Source: Bacteroidota bacterium (GTDB lineage Bacteria; Bacteroidota; Bacteroidia; JAADEI01). From it: a DNA stretch of 64,000 nucleotides. Numbering within the stretch: position 1 is the first letter of the stretch; the number at the start of each line of letters is the position of its first letter. The stretch lies in the NCBI GenBank assembly GCA_026992635.1, contig JALWYU010000108.1, positions 28,072-92,071 on the forward strand. Reading direction: 5' to 3'. The position numbers were made by a program, and so were the translations under genes. Of this stretch, positions 1-9,559 are shown in pieces. Below the pieces are notes generated by a model, which saw only the letters and a program-made list of their open reading frames with translations, was not told where the DNA came from and made no database searches.

Positions 1-2
1 CC

Positions 3-461
3 GGACAACCCGGACAGGTACTCACCAGTCAGGGACCCGGTACACCCCCTCAATGGCAATCAATCAGTACTGGCGGCGGACAGGGTGGTTCCGCATGCAC
101 CTTCAACTGCCCCGACACACTCATTTGCGTGAACGCAAGTGGCACTCCCCTTCCCTGCGGCAGCGCGCCCACAATGACCTGGGGTGCGTGCGCCCGGGCA
201 TGCGCAACAACCACTGCCAGCGGATTCTCCGACTGGCGAATGCCCAGTTTCTTTGAACTGATTGACCTCGCCGCCCACAAAAACATAGGCACATGGAACG
301 TGCACGTCTGGACACGTACACCCATCGGTATGTATGGCGTCTACCCCTCGGGCGTCACCGGCAACGGCGGCAGTTACTACGTGTGGCGCGCCGGTGACGG
401 CCTCTGGGGTTACTCCAACGCCACCTACGCCACCATCGCCCGGTGCGCCTGCGTCCGTTGA
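3..461 (+). CDS. 3' end of a gene that starts upstream of the window; the C-terminal region resembles a DUF1566 / Lcl C-terminal domain (motif ...FSDWRMPSFFELIDL...YYVWR...)
   Basis: Frame 3 is open from the window edge through 461 (the listed 129..461 ORF is its downstream part). DWR(L/M)P...EL..L is characteristic of DUF1566. Identification is by motif only. Confidence 0.4.
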   Translation, partial: GQPGQVLTSQGPGTPPQWQSISTGGGQGGSACTFNCPDTLICVNASGTPLPCGSAPTMTWGACARACATTTASGFSDWRMPSFFELIDLAAHKNIGTWNVHVWTRTPIGMYGVYPSGVTGNGGSYYVWRAGDGLWGYSNATYATIARCACVR

Positions 462-1476
462 GGGATTTGTACAGCCTGAAAGACGGACAGCGCAGCCACA
501 GGCGTGTGCGAACGCCTGTGGCTGCGCTTAGATGCGCACCGGCGAGGACGCGTACCCGCAACACGCCACCGCCGACCCCTCCTCCTCATCTACTACGAAT
601 GGTGCGCACGCTGGGCAGATGTCCGACGCCGAGAACAATAACTGAAAACCAGCGGAGGAAAACGCTACCTGAAAAACCGCGTGCGAACACACCTGGCAGA
701 ACTGGAAGGCAAAGGCAGACAAAAGCCCACACCTTCACCATCACCAGCCCTCCCGAGAAAATCCCTGGAACATGCCACACCGCCAGAACAACAAAAACAG
801 CCTCCACACACCCCGCCAACCTAATAAGCCACCACCCACCCCACTCGCTTCTTTTGCCGGTAACCACAACCAGAGACAGAGAGAGGAACAGGGACAACCT
901 GCCTCCAGCCGATCACGCTAACAATACCCACCCATCATCATAGAACTGATCTCCTTCTTGCTCTGGTGGCTGGGCATCCTTCGCGGGATGCGCACGCCCT
1001 GGCGACAGGTTGCCGGCGAACGTGTCCTGTCCCTCGCCAGTAAAGCCTTAGAACTGGCAGTGGAATCCGCCCTGAGCGAAGACACAATGAAATAAATTCC
1101 AGCGTCCCCTCCACGCACGCAGTAAAATAGAGCTGGCACGCACCTGGCTTTACATACTGCAGCGCCACGCCATCATCAAAGACACCACTTACTTCCAGGG
1201 CGAAAAGAAACTGATGCTCATCAGCGTCCAGCTGACAAAATGGCAGAAATGGGTGGGCAGGCGACGAGTTCCGGGCGCCAACCCTGCCACCACCGCCCCC
1301 ACCACATAGAGAGAGACGAACTGTGAATGCGAACAAGAGAGATGCTGCCAGTGGCTCATTCCTGAGGACCTCCTGATGGGTGCACCGGAAAACTTAGGTT
1401 GAACCATGAATCTTACCCGGGCTCATCCACTCCCAAATGCCAAAGAAAGTGAAAATTGAAGCCACCACATTACGGG

Positions 1477-1896
1477 TCACGCGACCCGCTTCAATATATG
1501 CTTCTTCACACTCCGGGCACTGTACACCTCCTCCTTCTCCATATCCAAAACCAACCGCCAAGCCTGCATCGTCTTCGCTCCTATGATCACATCCTCCGAC
1601 AATTGATCATCCTCCAATACCAGAAACTCATCACTCAACCACTCCCCATCCAGCCGAAACTCCAAAACCACACGATACCGCGCCTCTATAAACCTGCCCG
1701 GCTCCGCCGTCTCAAACCGGTACCCAACTCGCGTCGGCAACACCGTCGCCAACCGCTCAGCAACCCCACGACGTACCAGCGACATCGCCACCCCACTATC
1801 AAACAACACACGATACCGACCCCGCGAGCGATCACCCGCCAACTCCAACTCCTTGTATATCACGCCCATCGCCAAACCCTCTTTCACTTTCCACAC
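1477..1896 (-). CDS. retropepsin-like (clan AA) single-domain aspartic protease, tandem copy 1 of 4
   Basis: Motifs VLFDSGAS (catalytic D-S-G-A) and downstream VIIGAKTMQAW (hydrophobic-hydrophobic-Gly flap/dimer region). About 130 aa, as expected for a homodimeric retropepsin. The start shared by all copies is probably MGVIYKELELAG (about 1869). Confidence 0.6.
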   Translation of the reverse strand: MWKVKEGLAMGVIYKELELAGDRSRGRYRVLFDSGVAMSLVRRGVAERLATVLPTRVGYRFETAEPGRFIEARYRVVLEFRLDGEWLSDEFLVLEDDQLSEDVIIGAKTMQAWRLVLDMEKEEVYSARSVKKHILKRVA

Positions 1897-1955
1897 CTGT
1901 CACCCAACCTCCCAAACAACAACACCCAACCCGCAAGTTCCACCTCACGCACAAC

Positions 1956-2372
1956 TCAACACACCGCCCGCTTCAATATGTGCTTCTTCACACTCCGAAC
2001 ACTGTACACCTCCTCCTTCTCCATATCCAAAACCAACCGCCAAGCCTGCATCGTCTTCGCACCTATGATCACATCCTCCGACAATTGATCATCCTCCAGT
2101 ACCAGAAACTCATCACTCAACCACTCCCCATCCAGCCGAAACTCCAACCGAACCGCATACCGCGCCTCTATAAACCTGCCCGGCTCCGCCGTCTCAAAAC
2201 GATATCCAACTCGCGTCGGCAACACCGTCGCCAACCGCTCAGCAACCCCACGACGTACCAGCGACATTGATGCCCCACTATCAAACAATACACGATACCG
2301 ACCCCGCGAGCGATCACCCGCCAACTCCAGCTCCTTGTAGATCACACCCATCTCCAACCACTTCCCCCACAA
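1956..2372 (-). CDS. retropepsin-like aspartic protease, tandem copy 2
   Basis: Near-identical to copy 1 (LFDSGASMSLV, IIGAKTMQAW). The likely start is the internal MGVIY (about 2351). Confidence 0.6.
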   Translation of the reverse strand: MWGKWLEMGVIYKELELAGDRSRGRYRVLFDSGASMSLVRRGVAERLATVLPTRVGYRFETAEPGRFIEARYAVRLEFRLDGEWLSDEFLVLEDDQLSEDVIIGAKTMQAWRLVLDMEKEEVYSVRSVKKHILKRAVC

Positions 2373-2373
2373 C

Positions 2374-2790
2374 TCAACACAACACTCGCTTCAATATGTG
2401 CTTCTTCACACTCCGGGCACTGTAAACCTCCTCCTTCTCCATGTCCAAAACCAACCGCCACTTCTGAAGTGTAGAAGCACCTATGATCACATCCTCCGAC
2501 AATTGATCATCCTCCAATACCAGAAACTCATCGCTCAACCACTCCCCATCCAGCCGAAACTCCAGCCGAACCGCATACCGCGCCTCTATAAACCTGCCCG
2601 GCTCCGCCGTCTCAAAACGATATCCAACTCGCGTCGGCAACACCGTCGCCAACCGCTCCGCAACCCCACGACGTACCAGCGACATTGATGCCCCACTATC
2701 AAACAATACACGATACCGACCCCGCGAGCGATCACCCGCCAACTCCAGCTCCTTGTAGATCACACCCATCTCCAACAACTTTCCCCACAA
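2374..2790 (-). CDS. retropepsin-like aspartic protease, tandem copy 3
   Basis: Near-identical paralog. Its stop codon is separated from the neighbouring copy's start by 1 nt. Carries the DSGAS motif. Confidence 0.6.
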   Translation of the reverse strand: MWGKLLEMGVIYKELELAGDRSRGRYRVLFDSGASMSLVRRGVAERLATVLPTRVGYRFETAEPGRFIEARYAVRLEFRLDGEWLSDEFLVLEDDQLSEDVIIGASTLQKWRLVLDMEKEEVYSARSVKKHILKRVLC

Positions 2791-2791
2791 C

Positions 2792-3232
2792 TCAACACAA
2801 CACTCGCTTCAATATGTGCTTCTTCACACTCCGCACACTGTACACCTCCTCCTTCTCCATGTCCAAAACCAACCGCCACTTCTGAAGTGTAGAAGCACCT
2901 ATGATCACATCCTCCGACAATTGATCATCCTCCAATACCAGAAACTCATCGCTCAACCACTCCCCATCCAGCCGAAACTCCAAAACCACACGATACCGCG
3001 CCTCTATAAACCTGCCCGGCTCCGCCGTCTCAAACCGGTACCCAACTCGCGTCGGCAACACCGTCGCCAACCGCTCTGCAACCCCACGACGTACCAGCGA
3101 CATCGTCGCTCCACTATCAAACAGCACACGATACCGACCCCGCGAGCGATCACCCGCCAACTCCAGCTCCTTGTATATCACGCCCATCGCCAAGCCAATT
3201 TTCCCACGCTCCGGGCTTCTACCACATTCCAC
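2792..3232 (-). CDS. retropepsin-like aspartic protease, tandem copy 4
   Basis: Near-identical paralog (LFDSGATMSLV, IIGASTLQKW). The likely start is MGVIY (about 3187). Confidence 0.6.
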   Translation of the reverse strand: MECGRSPERGKIGLAMGVIYKELELAGDRSRGRYRVLFDSGATMSLVRRGVAERLATVLPTRVGYRFETAEPGRFIEARYRVVLEFRLDGEWLSDEFLVLEDDQLSEDVIIGASTLQKWRLVLDMEKEEVYSVRSVKKHILKRVLC

Positions 3233-3376
3233 CTATTTCAAACAGCATATCCTGCTTAGAGGTTCCAGCCGGAGATGAACCCCCATCACCTGATCCACTC
3301 AGGCTTCTCCGCCCCCTACCTGATGCCAATTACTGTAGCTCAATTTGCACACGGAATGTGCTGGATACGCTCCAGG

Positions 3377-5056
3377 TTAGCGAGGTGACCCTTCCGAACC
3401 TGATTGATCTACAGGCAAATCCTGCTGTGCGCGCAACTCCCGAGACGCAGCAGATGTAGAAGAAGAAGCCCGATGGTGGACACTGGCTACCGACATAGAC
3501 GCCTGCACAGACGGTAATTCCTCATAAGGAAAGGGTACCGCATATTCATGGACCGGACGCACACGCATCAACGGAAATAAAATCACCTCCTGAATAGCAG
3601 GCTGATCAGTAACCAGCATGGTTAGGCGGTCTATACCGACACCCAGACCCGCCATCGGCGGCATCCCATACTCCATTGCCAGGAGAAAATCCTCGTCAAA
3701 GGGCATGGCTTCTTCGTCACCGCGTTCTCGCTCGCGTTGCTGTTCCAGGAAGCGGGCGCGTTGCTCCCAGGGAATGTTCTGTTCCGTATAGGCATTGGCG
3801 ATCTCCATTCCTCCACAAATCAACTCAAAGCGTTCTGCCAGTGCAGGGTTCTGGCGATGGCGCTTTGCTAACGGAGAAAGCTCCCGCGGGAAATCAAAAA
3901 CCAGAGTAGGATTCCACAGATGTGGCTCTACAAGCGTTCCAAAAAGTTTGTCTATGATCTGGGCGCGTGTGGTGAGCTTTAGCCCCTCAACATCTATCCC
4001 CGCACGGATTGCCAGATCGCGCAATGCAGTATCGGAAAGCGCCTGAATATCCTGTCCTGTAGCCTGACGAAGCCCTTCCAGATAGGTGATCCGCTGCCAT
4101 GGAGGTGTCCAGTCAATGGTTTTTCCACTGTAGGGAAGGAGCAAGGTTCCGGCAACGCGCTGGATCGCTTCGGTCAGCATCTGCTCAGTGAACTGAGCCA
4201 TCCATTGATAGTCCCGGTACGCAATGTAGACTTCCAGCATAGTGAACTCAGGATGGTGTGTCCGGTCAATTCCTTCATTGCGGAAGTCCCGGGAGAACTC
4301 ATATACCCGTTCAAAGCCGCCGATCACCAGCCGCTTCAAATACAGTTCATTCGCAATACGCAGGTATACAGGCATATTGCCCAGGGCATACACCGTAGTC
4401 TGGAAAGGGCGGGCATGGGCACCCCCATACACCGGATGAAGGACCGGTGTTTCCACTTCTAAGCAATTGTGCCGATTTAGAAAACTGCGAATTGCATCAA
4501 TCAATTGTGTACGACGACGAAATACCTCACGCACCCGGGGATGCACCATCAAATCCAGGTAACGCTGACGATGTCGGGTCTCCGGATCTTTGAGTTCGCT
4601 GAAGGCTTTTTCTCCCTTTCGTTTGGCAATTGGTGGAGGACGTAATGCCTTGGCTAAAAGCGTCAAAGACCGAACATCAATGGAGATCTCCCCGGTTCTG
4701 GTTCGGAAGACAGTACCCTCCGCCCGAAGTATATCACCCAGGTCCAGCCACTTACGGACCACATCCCGGTAAAATGTCTTTTCTTCGCCTGGACAAATAT
4801 GATCCCGGTGCACGTACAACTGGATACGCCCCGCCTCATCTTCTATGTCCAGAAACGTTACCGCACCCATAATGCGACGTGCCACCAACCTGCCCGCAAC
4901 CACTGCAACCTTGCCCTGCCACTCGTCAAAAGCCTGATGAATCCGGGAAGTGGGTACCGGCTCAAAACTCACGTAAGGATAGGGATCTATCCCTGCTGTC
5001 TGGAGTTGTGTCAGGCTGCGTATGCGCTCCCGCAACTGGTCCAACACCGCACTCAT
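3377..5056 (-). CDS. lysS: lysine--tRNA ligase (class II LysRS)
   Basis: Full-length match to the LysS architecture (N-terminal anticodon-binding OB fold plus class II core motifs). A ~55-aa Ser/Ala-rich C-terminal tail follows the usual ...ILFPLMR end. Confidence 0.93.
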   Translation of the reverse strand: MSAVLDQLRERIRSLTQLQTAGIDPYPYVSFEPVPTSRIHQAFDEWQGKVAVVAGRLVARRIMGAVTFLDIEDEAGRIQLYVHRDHICPGEEKTFYRDVVRKWLDLGDILRAEGTVFRTRTGEISIDVRSLTLLAKALRPPPIAKRKGEKAFSELKDPETRHRQRYLDLMVHPRVREVFRRRTQLIDAIRSFLNRHNCLEVETPVLHPVYGGAHARPFQTTVYALGNMPVYLRIANELYLKRLVIGGFERVYEFSRDFRNEGIDRTHHPEFTMLEVYIAYRDYQWMAQFTEQMLTEAIQRVAGTLLLPYSGKTIDWTPPWQRITYLEGLRQATGQDIQALSDTALRDLAIRAGIDVEGLKLTTRAQIIDKLFGTLVEPHLWNPTLVFDFPRELSPLAKRHRQNPALAERFELICGGMEIANAYTEQNIPWEQRARFLEQQRERERGDEEAMPFDEDFLLAMEYGMPPMAGLGVGIDRLTMLVTDQPAIQEVILFPLMRVRPVHEYAVPFPYEELPSVQASMSVASVHHRASSSTSAASRELRAQQDLPVDQSGSEGSPR

Positions 5057-5067
5057 CGGTCTGGATT

Positions 5068-6045
5068 TCAGGATTGCTCAGACCGGGACTGTAAACGCAT
5101 ACTGTACAAAAGGATTTGCCAGGCTTTTTCTCGTTCTCCCCAGCGAAGCAAATCCCGGGCATACCGGTGCAACGCGCCCACGGGATCCGGATTCGCAGTC
5201 AATGCTTGGATCTCAGGATAGCGTTCTTCTGCGTTGGGATCAGGGTCAGGTAACCGCGTAACCATGGCTAAGTTACACAGGTCGTCATGAGTCAGGTAAG
5301 GGCTTTGACGGATAGGGGCAGGCAACCGATCAACACCAATACCCAGCTCCGTTTCTTTTGCGGGATAGGACCGATACCCTTCCCTGCCTGTAACCCCGTA
5401 CCACGCCCGATTCAACCGATAGAGAAACCGGATCTTCTGGATATCGGGTATGCCTTCTTCATCCAGGAGATCTTCCCGAACATGGATGCGGACCACCTCG
5501 CCAAAAACCAGATTACCGCCTGCCCGCCCAAACGAAAGCTGAAAGATCCCGCGAGAACGGCATTCCAGATGCACTGGCGACTCAGCAACACGTGGAACCT
5601 GCACGACGTCGGAAGGGATTAAAGTTAGTCCGGCTTTTTCTACTTCGCTGACATCCTGGGGATAGGAAAGACTGGTCAGGGCACATGCCCAGCCCAGCGT
5701 TTCAGGCACTAAGTGCGTAACCCATTCGCCCGTCTCCCGAATATTGCGCAGGGTATCTTTTGTCGTGCCATCCCGTCCCCGGTATGCGGGAGCAATCCCA
5801 ATGATCGGAGGATTGGAAGAAAATGCCATGAAAAAGCTGAAAGGTGCCAGGTTAACAGTCTCACTTTGGGCACCTCGCGTAGTGACCCAGGCAATGGGTC
5901 GGGGCACAACCAGTCCAATCATGATTTGATGCCGGATTCGCAAAGGCAAATCCATGGGGGCAATCGCCCGCATCGCCCGTTGGGAACGCCCACTACCCAT
6001 TCCACCACGATTTTTTGCAAAAACTACAGGGAAAAGACAAACCAA
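5068..6045 (-). CDS. flavin reductase-like (FMN-binding split-barrel) domain protein
   Basis: PRPIAWVTT...NLAPFSFF is typical of the HpaC/flavin reductase family. The start is probably MRAIAPMDL (about 5973). A ~120-aa C-terminal extension is present. Confidence 0.7.
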   Translation of the reverse strand: MVCLFPVVFAKNRGGMGSGRSQRAMRAIAPMDLPLRIRHQIMIGLVVPRPIAWVTTRGAQSETVNLAPFSFFMAFSSNPPIIGIAPAYRGRDGTTKDTLRNIRETGEWVTHLVPETLGWACALTSLSYPQDVSEVEKAGLTLIPSDVVQVPRVAESPVHLECRSRGIFQLSFGRAGGNLVFGEVVRIHVREDLLDEEGIPDIQKIRFLYRLNRAWYGVTGREGYRSYPAKETELGIGVDRLPAPIRQSPYLTHDDLCNLAMVTRLPDPDPNAEERYPEIQALTANPDPVGALHRYARDLLRWGEREKAWQILLYSMRLQSRSEQS

Positions 6046-6127
6046 ATTTTTCCGGACAGCCTTCAGTGAACAGGGAACTTTTCCTCCCCATCCCCATGTT
6101 TTACTGTTCTAAAACAGCAAGCAAACG

Positions 6128-8689
6128 ATGAAGCACCCCCTTTCCATTACATCGGCGTCCATACCCCAGGCACTTCCTTCCATCCCTGGATGCACAACCT
6201 GCCTATCCCTATCCCTTCCAAAACCATACAGGTTGGAACACAGCCACTACGCCCATCAACCCAATGCAACGCTTTCCATCTTGCAAATTCTCTCTGACAG
6301 GCTGTACTGGAAAATCCCCACCACCATGATCGCAAAAGCGATCACCGGACATCCCTCCCTCAGCAGCCTTGTTCTGTTGTTTTTCCTCGCCTGGCACACC
6401 TTGCACGCCCAGACCATTCAGGGAAGAGTCGTAGACGCCCGAACCGGAAAACCTCTACCTTACGCACAGGTCTCCCTACTCACAATGGAAGACAGCCTCC
6501 TCAAAACAACTTTTGCCGACAGCACGGGATACTTCTCGCTCACCGCACCTGCCCCAAGTAAATTCCGGGTTAAAGTGCAGTTTTTTGGGTATACTCCTGC
6601 AACGGTGGAAGTCATCGCCTATCCCCGACGAAATACCACATTGGAAATCCCAATGAAAATCAGTTACAAGCAGTTGCCTGCCGTAACCATCCGGGAGCAC
6701 GACCAGCCCCATCGGAAAGCCGCAACCGACATCAGTCGCATCCGCCTCTACCCCTCACGAACACTCCGTTATGCCGGGACACTGGGCGATGCCATCCGAA
6801 CCGTCCAGACACTACCGTCCGTCTATACCGTTTCGGACATGCGCAACGACCTGGTGATTCGCGGAAACACACCCTGGGGCGTGCTCTATCGCGTAGAAGA
6901 CCTTGACGTGCCAAGCCCACACCACTTCTCCGAAGCAGGCATGAGTGCCGGACCTATCTCCATCCTGAATAACAACACCATTGCACACATGGACTTCTAC
7001 GCAGGCGCTTTCCCTCCGGAACTGGTTGGGGCTTACTCCGGCGCCTTTACCATCCAGCTTGCCCGGGGTAACTACACCCAGCACCAGGGCATCTTCCAGG
7101 TCGGATGGACCGGACTGGAATTCCTCTTAGAAGGACCCCTTCACTGGGCACGCCGTGCTTCCTATCTGGTTTCCTATCGCTATTCCTTCCTGGATTTTTT
7201 AAAATTGCTGGGTGTCCGCTTCGGCACCGCAGCCATTCCCCGATACCAGGACCTCACCTTTACCATTCATCTGCCCGGGAAGTGGGAAACTCGCCTCTGG
7301 GGTATCGGTGGACTCAGCACCATCTCCTTTGAGGAAATCCAGGAGCATGACCAACAGGGACTTACAGTTACAGGTTTAAACCTGGACTTCTCCACGCAGA
7401 CCGGTGCAACTGGCATCCGAACCGTGATCCCCCTGCCTGAGCCCGGGTATGGCACACTCGCAATGGGTGTAACCCATTCGGCGCATACCACTTCGCTGGA
7501 ACGCTGGGATTCCACAACCGGTACACTCCGCCCTCTGTACTACAATACCTATCGTACACAGACTTTCTCTACACACCTGAAAGGCGGCGTAGCACTCAAG
7601 CGTATCCACCTGCGTGGGGGTATCCTCCTGGACTATATACTCAGTCAAAACAACGACACCATTTATCTGGCGAATGGATTTCGTCAGAGCCGGCGATTTA
7701 AGGGGTCAGCCTGGCGTGCCCGTCAGTATCTTCAAGCGGAGTTCGGCTTCACAAGCCGGATGACGGTAACCACCGGATTCGCCACCCGGTATTTTAGTCT
7801 GCCACAGCGCAGTACTGTAGATGCCCATCTTTCTATGGAGGCATCCCTATCCCGAACCACCGAATTTCGTGCTGGATACAGTCTTTTGTCCTTAGAATTT
7901 CCCTTAGTCATTTATCAACTGACCGATCCCACTTTATCGGATTCGGTGGTTTATCCCTTTCGGGCTTTGCCCTTTATGCGCGCCCATCACGTTGTGGGCG
8001 AAATCCATCAGGCAATCGGAAACAACTGGCGTATTGTACTTGCCGCTTATGTTCAGCACCTGTGGAATATTCCCGTAGATGGTGATCGGCGCCTGGGCTG
8101 GTGGGCATTAATCACAGAAGGCCTGGAGTATGGTTTGCGCGTTCCCGTAGTACACCCCGTACCAGAGGGTATCGGCAGAAATACCGGAATTGAACTCACT
8201 GTTCAGCGCCGATTTGTCAAAGGTACCTACGCCCTTTTCACACTCTCCCTCTTTGATTCCAGATACAAAGCCATTGACGGAAACTGGTATCCCACACCTT
8301 ATAACGGCAACTTTGTTACCAACCTGCTGTGGGGCACGGAATTTCCCATTCGGCACTCGGCATGGACCGGCATCATTGACCTGCGCCTCTTCTGGACTGG
8401 AGGACGACGACACCATCCCATTGATACACCGGCAACCCTTCAGGCAAAACAAATTGTGTGGGATTATTCACAGCCGTTTGCCCGACGCGTGCCCAACTAT
8501 TTTCGGCTGGACCTGAAAATCGGGCTACGCCTCTCTAAGAAAGTTTCCCAGGAATGGCTCCTCTATCTGCAAAATGTAACAAACCATAAAAACATCTACT
8601 CGTATGAATTCTCAACAGTCCAGAACAAAATTATTCCTGTCTATCAGATGGGGTTCATCCCGGTGATGCTCTATCGGTTGTTGTGGTAA
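6128..8689 (+). CDS. TonB-dependent receptor-like outer-membrane beta-barrel with an N-terminal carboxypeptidase-regulatory-like domain
   Basis: Signal peptide at an internal Met (MIAKAIT...FLAWHTLHAQT, about 6326). IQGRVVDARTGKPLPYAQVSL matches the CarbopepD_reg fold. A plug-like segment (DLVIRGNTPWGVLYRVEDLDV) is present, and the terminal residue is W. Confidence 0.7.
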   Translation: MKHPLSITSASIPQALPSIPGCTTCLSLSLPKPYRLEHSHYAHQPNATLSILQILSDRLYWKIPTTMIAKAITGHPSLSSLVLLFFLAWHTLHAQTIQGRVVDARTGKPLPYAQVSLLTMEDSLLKTTFADSTGYFSLTAPAPSKFRVKVQFFGYTPATVEVIAYPRRNTTLEIPMKISYKQLPAVTIREHDQPHRKAATDISRIRLYPSRTLRYAGTLGDAIRTVQTLPSVYTVSDMRNDLVIRGNTPWGVLYRVEDLDVPSPHHFSEAGMSAGPISILNNNTIAHMDFYAGAFPPELVGAYSGAFTIQLARGNYTQHQGIFQVGWTGLEFLLEGPLHWARRASYLVSYRYSFLDFLKLLGVRFGTAAIPRYQDLTFTIHLPGKWETRLWGIGGLSTISFEEIQEHDQQGLTVTGLNLDFSTQTGATGIRTVIPLPEPGYGTLAMGVTHSAHTTSLERWDSTTGTLRPLYYNTYRTQTFSTHLKGGVALKRIHLRGGILLDYILSQNNDTIYLANGFRQSRRFKGSAWRARQYLQAEFGFTSRMTVTTGFATRYFSLPQRSTVDAHLSMEASLSRTTEFRAGYSLLSLEFPLVIYQLTDPTLSDSVVYPFRALPFMRAHHVVGEIHQAIGNNWRIVLAAYVQHLWNIPVDGDRRLGWWALITEGLEYGLRVPVVHPVPEGIGRNTGIELTVQRRFVKGTYALFTLSLFDSRYKAIDGNWYPTPYNGNFVTNLLWGTEFPIRHSAWTGIIDLRLFWTGGRRHHPIDTPATLQAKQIVWDYSQPFARRVPNYFRLDLKIGLRLSKKVSQEWLLYLQNVTNHKNIYSYEFSTVQNKIIPVYQMGFIPVMLYRLLW

Positions 8690-9132
8690 ACAACCGATCA
8701 ATGTCTTCATTGTCTCTTCCCGAACTGATAATGATACAGATTCTTGTGGGCAACTGCACAATCCCATGCCCAATACCTGTGAAACACCCTGTGCGTACAC
8801 CTCTCTCCCACTTTCGCAGGCAGTGAATATCCTGTCTTCGGCAACATCCATCATTAGTCAGCACACATCCGTCATCATCGCATTGCGTTCCTGACTGTTG
8901 CAATACCTGCCACGAATTAACCGCCCCCGCCAGCCCTGAAAAGTACTTGGTTGCCCATTCCTATCCTTACCTGATCCTTCTGTGCGCTCAAACCAGCTGG
9001 ACAGACACTTACGAAAACTTGCCCATGGATCAAACCTCCCCAACCCTGCAACAACAAATGTACCTGCCCATGCACGTCCCGCTCCCTACCTGAAACGCTA
9101 ACCTGGATTGCCCCTCCCCTCCAGCACAGTGC

Positions 9133-9462
9133 CTATTCTTCTCCATCGCCATGCACCCGAAAGCGCATCACTACAGTCGTATCAGGCATCGTCAATGTCA
9201 GCGTCGCGCTCACGCCATGCTTATCTGTCCGTTGCCGAATTACATCAACACGAATAAGCGTGTCCAGTCCAGAAAAAAAGACGATTCCCGACCCACCCGC
9301 AATAACAACACTTCCCGAAGGAAATACAACCATCTGCAGAGGTCGCTCTGTCTCCTTCTCCCTACTTTTTTGCGCTGGACTCAATATTCCTATAGCGACC
9401 AGGGCAGCAAGCAATGCACCCATCAGCCCTCCCAATGCTGCTCCCAGGAATGACTCGCTCAT
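9133..9462 (-). CDS. small glycine-zipper membrane protein (hypothetical)
   Basis: N-terminal GAALGGLMGALLAALVAIGIL glycine-zipper TM segment. No further homology could be assessed. Confidence 0.35.
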   Translation of the reverse strand: MSESFLGAALGGLMGALLAALVAIGILSPAQKSREKETERPLQMVVFPSGSVVIAGGSGIVFFSGLDTLIRVDVIRQRTDKHGVSATLTLTMPDTTVVMRFRVHGDGEE

Positions 9463-9559
9463 GGGAAGCCCAATTTTTCTTTTGCCAGAGTGCCTGCAAA
9501 AGTAAACATCTCCTGATTGCCAGGGGTTCCAAAAAAAAAAAATTCCGTCGTAGACCTGT

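Larger units (their letters stand above)
1456..3260. repeat. tandem direct repeat of four ~418-bp units, each carrying one retropepsin-like gene; the units are ~90% identical and carry mosaic substitutions
   Basis: The same protein sequence is seen four times in the ORF track. The unit period is 418 bp (2372->2790->3208). Copies 1 and 4 share RYRVVLEF, copies 2 and 3 share RYAVRLEF, copies 1 and 2 share IIGAKTMQAW, and copies 3 and 4 share IIGASTLQKW. Confidence 0.8.

Noticed and set aside
443-943. 166-aa Pro/Thr/Arg-rich ORF in a CA-rich low-complexity region
   Set aside because: The composition is driven by CA-rich DNA. There is no start context or domain, so it is likely intergenic.
1456-3259. 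Series of +strand ORFs (1456..2088, 1980..2270, 2398..2688, 2816..3259), Pro/Gln/His-rich, mirroring the protease array
   Set aside because: They are antisense readings of the repeated minus-strand retropepsin genes. They have low-complexity composition and no motifs, and their fourfold repetition simply follows the DNA repeat.
8690-9130. Three overlapping small minus-strand ORFs in the 440-bp gap after the TonB-like gene
   Set aside because: They have no motifs and inconsistent frames, so the region is treated as an intergenic or promoter region.
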